From the human T2T-CHM13v2.0 reference genome, Homo sapiens, in NCBI RefSeq assembly GCF_009914755.1, contig NC_060931.1: 64,000 nucleotides of DNA; one strand, 5' to 3'. Each line of letters opens with the position of its first letter. Position 1 is the first letter of the stretch. The translations under genes were made by a program, and so were the position numbers. This document shows, piece after piece, positions 1-11,945 of this stretch. The notes under the pieces were generated by a model. The model was not told the DNA's origin. It saw only the letters and a list, made by a program, of their open reading frames with translations, and did no database searches.

Positions 1-1142
1 GTATTCTTGTTTTGACTATGTATTTACCTGCACCAATTAGTTTTGTACTTTCATATGTGTTTACAATAGTAATTATCATTTTTTCAATTCTGCTTGAAGA
101 ACCTTCTTAAGAATTTCTTATAGAAAATGTCTAGTGGCAATGAATTCCTTCAGCTGAAAGTATCTCCTTTGGGTCCACAGCCCACAAGGCAGCTGCAATG
201 GCACTGGATTCCAGGGCACAGATGTTTGGAGCAGCTGTAGAGCCAGGTTTCTGGGTTTATGGGCTTGTGAAATTACTGTGGCATCAGGGACGTGAGGGTG
301 AGTTCACTTTTCAAAGTCTGAGTGGATGCAGTTTTTCCCCTAACCTGGAATGTGTTGCTCTGGAACATACCCCAGCAGCTTCAGTACAAGGGAGTTGAAA
401 TGTAGCTGTGATACTTATGTGGGGGTCATGGAACAGCACTGGCATAGCTCTGGGTAAGAACAGGTGCTCTAAAGGCTTGGGCCTCAAGAAGAGGGCACAG
501 GTGCAATTCAGGACCCAGAGTCAGCAGAGCACAGTGGCAGCTCAGGCTCCTGGGGATGGGGGAGGGCAGTGAGGTTACCATTTAATGGTGACTCTGGGCC
601 CTGGGATGGTGGAACATGGCAGTAGCCAAGACTCTTGAGGCCAGATGCAGCAGCAGCAATTGCCCAGGAATGGCAAGATGGCACAGCATAGGCTTTTCTC
701 TGGAGGCAGCTCAGCATATGAACTCTGAGGTGCTCCCTCAATTGGGCTCAGAGCCTGCAAGGACTGTGGGAATTTTCACTGGTGATGACTGTAGTAGTCC
801 ACAGTAGTGATGGGGGCTACCAGTGTTCTGTTGTTTACCTTTTCACTGTAGAAAGGAGTGTCTCCTGGTTCTGAGCTGATCCCAACTGGGGGGCCCAACT
901 GGGGAGTGGGTTGGCAAAAGCAAGCTGTTTCTGTCCCTTCCCTATGGAGCCATACTGGGTTTCTATGCTCTACAAATTTCTGTTGCTTCTTTGCTATTCA
1001 CCAGAGCTCTCCTCCAGTTGTTTTGGCAAAAATGTAGTTGTTTATTCATTTTATGTATATATGCGTGTGTAGTCTTGTTTTGTTTTGCCAGGGGAAAAAG
1101 TGCTAAGAGCTTCTAGTTGGCCATCTTGCTGACATCACCCCC
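1..1142 (-). mobile_element. Old L1M 5' portion (5'UTR plus end of ORF1), internally deleted
   Basis: Reverse complement of ~1110-1142 is a typical L1 5' terminus (GGGGTGATGTCAGCAAGATGGCCAACTAGAAG). 100-160 resembles the L1 ORF1-end region at 45545-45600. Confidence 0.75.
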
Positions 1143-1177
1143 AGATTTGTTCCTTAAAAGCATCTTAGGAACACATT

Positions 1178-1539
1178 TGTTTTTGTCAGGTCTGGCTGCT
1201 ATAACAATACTATAGTCTGTAGACATAGAAACATTTATTTCTCATAGTTCTGGAGTATCCAGTTAGAAGATCAAGACACCACCAGATCTGGTGTCTAGTG
1301 AGGGTAATCTTCCTGGTTTGCAAATAAATGTCTTCTTGCTGTGTCCTCATATGTTGGGGAGCAGACAGAGAAGAAGCAATCTGTCTGGTGTCTTTTTATA
1401 ATGGCTCTAACCTACCCATGAAGGCTTCACTCTTATGACTTGATTACCACTCAAAGTCCCCACTTCCTAATACCATCACTTTGGGGGTTAGGATTTCAGC
1501 ATATACATTTTGGGTGGATGCAAATTTTAGTCCACAGCA
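1178..1539 (-). mobile_element. MaLR solo LTR (MLT1A/MSTD-like)
   Basis: Motifs GCTGCTATAACAA, ATTTATTTCTCATAGTTCTGGAG, CCCACTTCCTAATACCATCAC and terminal TAGTCCACAGCA. Confidence 0.85.
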
Positions 1540-1561
1540 ATAATTATTTCCAATCAGATGA

Positions 1562-1914
<353 letters not shown>

Positions 1915-2929
1915 TAAAAACAACTATATGGGCTACAATCTACACATACCATACAATTCATCCATTTTATTTATTCAATTTAAAGCTTGTTTTGTATATT
2001 TCTGTTTATAATTCTACACTCAATTACCACAATATAATTTTAGAACATTGCACTAATCACACTAAAAAGATCTTATTTGCCTGATTAGTTATTAGTCTGT
2101 CATTCTTGAACTTCTAATAATGGACATGAATGGGAAATGCTTATGATACATGTCTAAAAATTCTTATAAAAGAGAATAGATGGTTTGTAAAACTGAAATT
2201 CATAATGGATACAAAATATTTACTAGCATAGATACTAAAATAATTTTAATAATTTTATTATTCCTAATTTTGAATGTAAGAGGTATTAAATATGTCATGA
2301 ATTTTCAGTAATATTTCTTTTCAACCATCTGAATGAAAATGATATGCAATTGGTTCATCTTCTGGACAAATGTGATTTGGTATTTACCAAATAAACACAC
2401 TTGATCAAGCACATTTTGTTCATATTACATTAAACAATATTTCTTAATCAAATATCTTATAGCATAAGGTAGTGAATACTGTTAAATTAACACATCTAAA
2501 AATAGTATATGATTTAAATAACCTTTCAATTTAATTAAAATTTAGACAATTACTACGTTAATTAAAAATTCATCTCTAATATAATTAGCAAATGTAAGAT
2601 AGTAGCTATTTTTTGTCTCGTCCAACACCAAACATCAATACTATCAAGTTCTATTTTATTTTAGTATTTAACCTATAGAAATAAGAAAGGGTAAGTAATA
2701 ACATGTTTTAGGCATAATATCTACAATATAAAATTCTCACCCATATCATATTTTTTTCTTTTTGGATATTTGGAAATGCTCCTAAGTGCAAACTCAGTTA
2801 TTCAAAATGTATGAATCATTTCTGTTTCTGTAAGTGGATTATGGTATCTTTATTAATAAGTTTTATCTTAAATGTTATCTCTTGTTTTACAATTTTCTAG
2901 TAGTTTACATATATTTAATAACTCCAGTT

Positions 2930-3217
2930 CATTGTTTCTCCAAAGTATTTTCCTTGAAGTAGTCTTCTATGGGATATGCTGACAGGAACAATTTCAAAGT
3001 CAAACAGCTTTGCGAAAGTGCATATTCTTTAGAAATTTTCAACATTCATGTACATATTAAAATGCCTCTGAACCCCTGCAGCAAGAAAACCTATGGTTTT
3101 TGCTTGTTTATAATCCCAGTTCCCCAAAGTCATTTGCTCACAGATTTAAAAATACTATTAGAATGTAACAGCATCCCACAGAGTAGTGTTCTGTGGAGCA
3201 TTTTTTGGGAAACATTG
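2930..3217. mobile_element. Ancient hAT-Charlie-type MITE (family uncertain)
   Basis: Terminal inverted repeats CATTGTTTCTCCAAA ... TTTGGGAAACATTG resemble Charlie-family ends. Confidence 0.45.
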
Positions 3218-3289
3218 ATTTAAGCCAAGATTACTAGCAACTGAGTGGGTTTGTTTTCTTTTTGTTAATTTTCATTGTAATGACTCTAT

Positions 3290-3810
3290 TTTGGGATCCT
3301 TCATTCTGGATATTTTCCTGTCTTTTCATTCATTCCACACTGTCTCAAGGACTGTAGCATTATATAAAATTTTAGTATGAAAGACTGCTAGTCTTAAACC
3401 TTTATTGCTCTCGTAAGATATTATTTTAGATATTTGGTATCTTTGCATTTTCATAAAAATGTTAGAAGCAGCTAGACAATTTATTCAAAAAGTTCCTGAG
3501 ATTTTTGTTGTGATGATGCTTAATGTATATATCAATTTAGGGAAAAATCAGTATCTTAAAAACATTGCATTTACGAAAATTTGTATGTGGTGTTAAGTCT
3601 TTACCACTCCAGGTCTTTTTAAATTCATCTCAACATGTTTCATTGGTTTCAGTGTACAGTTCTGCATCTTTTGTAAGGTTTATTTATAGGCAATTGATGT
3701 TTGTTGATGCTATTATAAATGTTATTTTAGATTTATTTTGCAGTTATTTAGTGTTACTATATATAAAACTGTTTATATTGCCTTTGTTTCCCGTAACCTA
3801 AAGTCACTTA
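3290..3810 (-). mobile_element. Degraded old L1 (L1ME-like) ORF2 fragment
   Basis: Antisense L1 ORF2-like text, e.g. TTTGGTATCTTTGCATTTTCATAAAAATGTTAGAA and TTGATGCTATTATAAATG. Confidence 0.6.
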
Positions 3811-3831
3811 CCGGCTCTAGGAGCTGTAATT

Positions 3832-4256
3832 TGTGTAGTTTACTAGGACTGCTATAACAACATACCGCAAACTGAGTGACTTCAACAAGAAAAATTTATT
3901 ATCTCACAGTTTTGGGGGTAGAAGAAGTCTGATATTAAAAGGTGCTGGCAGGGCTGTGATCCCTCCAAAACCATTACGGAAGGATCTGTTCCAGGCCTTT
4001 CTCTTAGTATCTCGTAGCTCTTCGGGTTGTGGCTGTGTAACTAAAAATTCACATGGCATTCTCATTGTGTCCAAATTTTCTGGTTTATAAGGATACCAAT
4101 CATATTGCATTAGGGGTTCAACTTCCTTCAACACAATACAGCTTCATCTTTTCTAATTAATCTGCAGTGACTCTATTCCCCAATAAGTTCACATTTTGTG
4201 GTACTGGGAATTAAGTCTTCAACATATTTTTAGGAGATATAATTCAACTCATAACA
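3832..4256 (-). mobile_element. MaLR solo LTR (MLT1B/C-like)
   Basis: GGACTGCTATAACAA...CTCACAGTT...TATAAGGATACCAATCATATTG...ATTCAACTCATAACA. Confidence 0.85.
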
Positions 4257-4387
4257 ATGTTTCATATAGCTTTTAAAGGATTGTCTCTCTATATAATTAT
4301 GTAGTTTTCGAATAATGAGTTTTCCATTTTATTTTATAATTTATGTCTTGTATATATGCATATATATGTAGATAGATAGATATAGAT

Positions 4388-4532
4388 GATAAGCACAAAG
4401 ATACCTAGGCTTACAACATTATTACACTTTTTAAATTAGGGAGTGAACAAACACTTTGTTTAGGCAAAAAATCATCTCACGTACTGACATCAAATTATTG
4501 GTAGTAGAATTCCCTTTTGGTAAGTATCATGA
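4388..4532 (+). repeat. 145-bp dispersed direct duplication, copy 1 (inside a TA/GATA microsatellite)
   Basis: Aligns to 5241-5386 with 7 substitutions and 1 indel by hand alignment. Confidence 0.95.
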
Positions 4533-4549
4533 CAACAAATATGTTGTTA

Positions 4550-4632
4550 CTATATATACATACATATATATAGGCAAACATGTTGTCACTATATATATAT
4601 GTATGTATATGTGTGTGTGTGTGTGTGTGCGC

Positions 4633-4674
<42 letters not shown>

Positions 4675-4702
4675 CCAACTGGGTAATATATACATATATA
4701 TA
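4550..4702. repeat. Compound (TA)n/(TG)n microsatellite
   Basis: Directly visible TA and TG dinucleotide runs. Confidence 0.95.
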
Positions 4703-4729
4703 TGAAGGTTTAAATCCTGCGGTTACCTT

Positions 4730-4820
4730 AGAAAAGCTAAGTAACTTTCCCAAGGTATATATAACTAGTGGCTGGGCGAGCTGGAATTTATACTGTGACT
4801 TTCTGTCCTGCACTCTCAGT
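4730..4820 (-). mobile_element. MIR fragment
   Basis: TAAGTAACTTTCCCAAGGT...ACTAGTGG...GAGCTGGAATTT matches the antisense MIR core. Confidence 0.6.
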
Positions 4821-5240
4821 TACCGTATGCTAATGCTGTTAGCATTAAGGCAGGCTCATTGGTCATAGAGTTGAATAAGTGTTATTCTTTGCTTCAAGAA
4901 TGGACTTTCTTATGTTTTACAGCAACTTACTTTCCAGGATCCCTGTTCTCATACAATCCCAAGTCAGTTTTCCATTTTTCCTGTGGTTCTAATTTGGAGA
5001 CTTTGAAATCCTTGAGGATAAATCTCATGTTTATTTCATCATTAAAGCCCCTCAGTTAACCAGAATGGCCAACACATTGTAACTGTCAAATACATGATTC
5101 ATTCATCAAATGTGGAATGAAGTTTTTACTGCAGTTAAAATTTAGTGATTATTTTTAACATATTCTGTATTAGACTAAAAGTTTTTAATCAGAAGGAGAA
5201 AAAACATATTTAAATAACTACAAAAATAATTATTTTGAAG

Positions 5241-5386
5241 GATAAGCACAAAGATACCTAGGCTTACAACATTATCACACTTTCTAAATTAGGGAGTGAA
5301 CAAACACTTTGTTTAGGCCAAAAAGTCATCTCACATACTGACATCAAATTATTGGTAGTGGAATTCCCTTTTGGAAAGTACCATGA
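5241..5386 (+). repeat. 146-bp dispersed direct duplication, copy 2 (probable donor)
   Basis: Matches 4388-4532 and lies in unique sequence. Confidence 0.95.
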
Positions 5387-5484
5387 TCAATGGGGTTGTT
5401 ACAATGGGTAGTAATGTCTGCAGAACATGTGAAAACTTTTTAAACATTCATCTGGATAAAGTGTTTTGTCAACATTTTAACTAA

Positions 5485-5940
<456 letters not shown>

Positions 5941-6879
5941 TTAACTAAGAGAAAAATACATGTAGGGACAAGAACACAAATAACTTTTCTCCCCTGATGG
6001 TTTGTATAAGACATAGCTCGAGTTCAAATTATGAAAAACCCATTTGAAAATACACCTTAACTTAATGTCAGTAACTCAGTTTCTAGTAGACAACGAAGAC
6101 ACTTAGACACTTTGCATCAGAAATATTTTCTCCAAACTAAAAGATGGAACATGAAAGGTAATTATAAACTAACATGGGAAAGCCGGATTACTCAGGAAGA
6201 AAATGAACAATAAGAAGAAAATTAAAATTAAAATTGCATTTTTCTCCTATACTTGTGTGAAAATAAAATGATCTTATAAAAGCTTAATTGTAATGGTAAG
6301 TCTGCATGTTGAATGTGTAGAAGTTTAATTAATAAGCTCAATAAATTTGATCGTATACATAGATGCTTCTATATTCAAATTCATAGTTTTAATAATTTGA
6401 ATTATTTTTCATACTAATAAAAAATGCTTGAATAGTCTTTAGAATAGCATTCTTAATCCACAAATTAATGAGCTCAGAAACTCATAAAAATTAAAGAAAA
6501 GATATTAAGTTTTAAATTAATAAAAAGAGCATAATTCAGAATCACAAAAGAAAACAGAATTGAGTATTAGTGTCAAATGTGCAATATGGATAATAAAAAA
6601 GTAAAAATAAGGGATTAACATTGGCGTGGGGAAGTATAATTTTGAATTAAGAGTTATAGGAATAAAATTAGATTACTAAAATAGGCAAAAATTCTTCAAT
6701 TGAAGAATATTATTTTTTCTGGATTGGTTGTCGGAAGAAATTAATTTCCACAGTAATCAACAAAACCAACAAATATAGGCTCAATTCTCTTTTGTCATTT
6801 CATAGAGAAATTTCTTGTGTTTATATTTACTTCAGTTAAATGAGTTTACTTAAACAAAATATTTAATCCACAACACTAT

Positions 6880-9170
6880 GAAAATAGCACAGTCTACTTT
6901 AAATGTAAAGATTAAAATAGGTTAGAAGTAAAAGGATGGAGAAAAATACATCAGAATGCTAATTAAAGGTAAAATCTGTACAATTTTCAGACAAAGAAGG
7001 ACTTAGAATACATCTTATCAGAAATAAGGAGATCCATAAAATAATGAGAAAAATGTCTATTATCCAGGAAAATATAAAAATCTTAAACCTTTATGCACCT
7101 AACAATGGAACATAAAAATACAAAGATCAGTACAGACAGAACTGAAAGGAGACAAATAGACAAATCCACTCTTATAATTCTGTATTTTAGCACCTCTTTT
7201 TAATAACTGATAGACCAAGCAGGCAGAAAACCACTAAGGATATGATTGATCTGAAAAGCACTATCAATCAACTTGATCTAATTGACATTTAAAGAATACT
7301 CTACCCAATAATGCCAGAATACAAACTTTACCAAATTTAAAAGAGCAGAAATCATACAAAGCATACTCTGAGAGCACAATTGAATACAGAATTAGTGGCC
7401 TTCCAAAATAGAAAGCAATAGGCCCAGATTACATCACCTTTGAATTCCACCGTTGGAGGAAGAAATGATACTAACCCTCCACAATCTCAACAAAAAAATG
7501 GAAGCAGAGAGAGCACTTTTTAACTCATTTTATTAGATCAGCACTATCTGAATAACAAAACCAGATCAAAGACATTACAAGAAAGAAAAACTAAACACCA
7601 ATATCTCTCATCAACACAGATACAAAATACTTCACCAAAATATTAGCAAACGTAATGGAATAATTCATAAAAATAATTTTATCACCAAGTGAAATTTGTT
7701 TCAGATATATAGGACTGGTTCATTATCCAAAAGTAAATTAAAATAATCCACCACATCAACAGGCTAATAAGAAATATGATAACAATATTATCAGATCAAT
7801 TCATGTGAAAGAATCCTTTGACAAAAGCCAGTATTCATACAAGATAAAACTTTCAACAAAGGAGGAAAATTTTCTCAACCTGATAAAGAATATCTACAAA
7901 AAAATAAAGTTAATTGCATATATAGTATTAAGAATCTGGACATTTTCCTCATGTTCAGGAACAGGGCAAAAATACCTTGTTTACTTCTATTCAAAATCCA
8001 TACTGAAAGTCTAGTTAATGAGAAAATACAAGAAAAGGAATGAAAACATATAGATATTGAAAAATAAATCGAACTTTAATTGTCCAGAGATGACAAGATT
8101 TCCTGTGCAGAAACTCCAAAGACCAACAAAAGAAGTGAAACTAGTATTCAAGTAAAGTAGTGTCATAGGAATCAAGATAAATATACAGAGTCAGTTGCTT
8201 TTTGATATACCAGCAATGAAGTAATTGAAATTAAAGAAAATAATACAAAATATAAATGTATCAGAAATACAAAATACTCCAGAATAAGTCTAACACTATA
8301 TATATAATCTATATGTAGGATATATCTACATGCACAAACTCTGATGGCAGAAGTCAAAGGTCTAAATAAATGTAAAGATATTCTGTATCATGGATTGGAA
8401 GACTCAATACTGTTAATATGTCAATATTTTCCAAATCATTCTATCTGTTCAACACAATTACAGTCAAAATCATAAGATATTTTGTATATATCAAAAACTA
8501 ATTATAAAATATGTATTGAAAGGGGGAAGACCTACAATAGCCAAGAACATTTTGAAGAAAAATAACTAATTTGGAAGCTCACACTACCCAATTGTAAGAC
8601 TTGCAATAAAGATACAGTAATCAAGAACGCATGGTATTGGTCAAAGAATAGACACATAGATCAGTGGAATAGAATATAAAGCTCAAAAATACACCCTTAC
8701 AAAACAGTTGACTGATTTTTGGAAAAGAATCAAAGGCAATTCAATGGACAGTCTTTTCAAGAAATTGTGCTAGAAAAATTAGACACTTCTATGCAATAAT
8801 TGAACCTAAACACAGGTATAACATTTTAATTGCATTATAGACCCAAATGTAAAATTCAAAATGAGCAAATTCCTGGAAGAAATTATAGAAGAAAGGTGAT
8901 ACTGGGTTTAGCTACATATTTTAAAATAAAAGACCAAACATTTTTCATGAAAAAGTCATAAGTTGAAGTACGTTAAAAGTAAAATTTGCTTTGTGAAAGA
9001 CGCTGTTAAGATAATCAAAACAAAAGCCAAAGAATGAGGAAATATTTGAAAGTCACATGTCTGATAAAAGACTTGTATCCAAAATATACAAATAATGATT
9101 AAAACTCAACAGTAAGGAAACAAAAAGTACAATTTACAATTTTAAAATAGGTACAAGATCTGAACAGATC
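6880..9170 (+). mobile_element. Old L1 (L1MC/MD-like) ORF2 with internal deletions
   Basis: A-rich sense L1 ORF2 motifs from EN (AGTAAAAGGATGGA, ATGCACCTAACA) through RT (CATGGATTGGAAGACTCAATA) to GACTTGTATCCAAAATATA. Confidence 0.85.
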
Positions 9171-9384
9171 TGATCTTAAAATTCAGATATTGTTGAAAAA
9201 GAAACAAACATCAAAAATGATTTATCAATTTTTTTAGTAATTTTGTGCACATAAGGAAATATTTTTGATAACTTTGAATTTCAAAGTGTATAATGACTCA
9301 GGTAAAAATAACCCGTGTTACTATTATAAAAGAGATGATTAACAACAGGTGAGGTGATTAAGAAAACTGCAAAGGAGTTAAGGG

Positions 9385-9600
9385 CATAGCTTCATGATCT
9401 AAATTACCTGAGTTGGAAGTTTAACCTGGTAGTTTCTTGCTGTCTAAACTTTAATAAGTTACTTAGCCTCTCTGAAATATAGTTTCCTCATTTAAAAAAT
9501 GAATCAAAATAACTGTGTCTTAATGTTAGTAGAATAAAGAAATATAGAGAACTTAGAACAATGCCAAACACATGGTAAACACTCAATAAAAGTTGTCTAT
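9385..9600 (+). mobile_element. MIR
   Basis: AAGTTACTTAGCCTCTCTG...AGTTTCCTCAT...CTTAGAACAATGCC...ACTCAATAAA. Confidence 0.8.
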
Positions 9601-9692
9601 TTAACTTATGCATTTCAAAATCAAAAGGTACTCAAGGTTATAATTTTTAAAAGTTACATCTTAACTGCATCTTCTGTCATCTAGTTTCCTTC

Positions 9693-10337
9693 TGTATTAG
9701 GCTTTTTTCAATCAAAGAAGCAAAACCACTGGGATATGGTTAAATATATATTTATTGCTGGGGTCTGACCAACACAATTTTAGGATAAGGTCAAACAGTG
9801 TAATGCTGTTGACTTTGTGACTGACACTGAAGCTTTAAGTCTGTGAGGCAGAAGGGAAAAGAAATGTAAAGTGGCCATCAGCAAGGACAACCTGGAAGCC
9901 ACCTGCACCAGCTGAAACTCACAAGGGGTAACTGAAACGCCTCTCAGTTTTCAAAGCCTCTAACTTTGATGATGTGAATGATCTGCAGAAGAAGCTGGAA
10001 CCCTTCCTTCATCAAGGAGCTAAACATGCACCTCGCCCAAGCATCAGAGCGGCTGACTGGGGATCCAGGGAAAGGTGTAGCAGTGACAGCCCTGGCTGCT
10101 GCCTCATACCCACAAAGTGAGCCACCAGATGGGGGACAGTGGGGAGGAATGACAAGAGTCACCGATGACCCTGCCCCAACCTTCCAAGCATTAAAAAGTG
10201 ACTGCTGCCCTACTTGCACCCTCAAAATTTGACACTAAAATGTCTATGGTGTCCCATCCTAACCAGAAACATGCAGAAAAAGGAATTCTGGGAAATATAA
10301 TTCATCCTTGTCAAGAAGTCACAACTACAACATCACT
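9693..10337 (-). mobile_element. ERVL solo LTR (MLT2F/E-like)
   Basis: Starts TGTATTAGG and contains TAACCAGAAACAT...GGAATTCTGGGAAAT, typical of MLT2F. About 645 bp. Confidence 0.7.
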
Positions 10338-11729
10338 GCCACACCACCTCTGGGCAACTAATGGTATCAGATTGTTTTTATACTTCTAGATGAAGTTTAT
10401 GTTTGTATGAAAAATAAGTATTATATTAAAAATTTAGAACACTATTCTAAACGTACTTTCAGAGCAATAAATCAACTTTCAGAAATTGGACGTTGTTACA
10501 AATAGCTTCAAATGAAATTTGACTTTTTATCACTTGGTTGGTTGGAGTTCAGTAATTTTGTTTGTTTGCTTGTTTGCTTTTAATAAAAAGCACTGTAATG
10601 TCATATTACTCGCACTCATGCATATTTCAAATTTGGATGTTACCTTAACAAGTGAAGTACAAATTAGGTGCATATTAAAATTACAATTCATTTTTTTATA
10701 CCACAACTCCACAGATAGTGTTCCTTTGTCCTTTGGAGTGTAGTATACAACAGAGAAATTTGATTTCTGATTAAGACTTTTAGCTTATCTCATTATTCTG
10801 CATGGATTTTACTAATATGCTTAGTTTACACTGAAATTTTTAATTTTAATGAATTTTCTTTAAACTGCAGTCAGTATTTTGATCAGATTACAAATAAATA
10901 TTTTTCTATGATATTTAAAAATATGTCTCCTGTTCATGCACCTTTTTGCCACTTTATCTATACCTGTTTTGTTCTACTGCTGTTTCTACAGAAGCTTTCT
11001 ACTTTTAAAAAATATTAAAACTTCTCTTCAGATAACCTTTTGGTTAGCAGTAGATTATTTCAAGACCTTTTTGTGGGCCTTCTGAGTTAATGCCACAATG
11101 TTGTTTAGTATTTTTCTAAGGCCACACGTTAGCTACTTTCTCTTTTCTTATGTTTAAAGTAAGATTTGTTCAAACTTAAAAAGAGATGTCTATGTTCTCA
11201 TTTTATGCCTACTTATGTGGTGGTCAAATCTGCCTCTGAAACAAAATGTTAACCAGCAGGTTGATGTATAAAATTAACAGTCCAAATACAGACTTTTATT
11301 TAGAGTAACTCCATGCACTTGTGGGTTTTCTTCCTCCCACTGCTAATTCCTGGCTTCCTGTTACTCTAGTCAAAATTCGTTCGGAATGTTCTGCCATTTA
11401 TATCACTTTACTTTAGAGAGAATTGCCTAAAAGACTTCCAGCCACTTCATTTAGTTATTTCATGGTATTGACAATCATTTCATGACGATACATACATGGG
11501 GGTGCTATAGGGGAGGATCATGTAAGGATGAGGAGAATTCATGCTTTGCAAGTTTGCCTACTCATCCTCTGATGGGTTGTGGAGAGTGCATGCCCAGTTT
11601 TCTTATTTATACTTTAAATTTTCAACCCTTTCTGTCTCAGTGCTTCTAAATGTTATAAAACACTTCCATTAGTAAGTATAGCTCTGTGTAGATAATAGTT
11701 AATTATTAATATGGTAACTAATATCTGTT

Positions 11730-11945
11730 TAACATTTATTGAGGATTTACAATATGTTGAGCACTGCTCTAGGCAGTTTATGTGGATTATCTTATTTCAG
11801 CCTCCAAACGATCCAGTGATTTAGTTTGGAATTCCTATTTACAGTTGAAGATCCCAAGTTACAGAAAATAAGCAGTTTGACTAGTGCTATAAACTTGGTG
11901 GAAGAGTCAGGATTCAATGGTACATAATTAGGCTCCTAAAGTAGC
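11730..11945 (-). mobile_element. MIR
   Basis: AACATTTATTGAG...GCACTGCTCTAGG...TTTACAGTTGAAGA...GAGTCAGGATTC. Confidence 0.75.

Noticed and set aside
4456-4868. YI/VC/HT-repeat peptides
   Set aside because: Translations of the TA/TG microsatellite.
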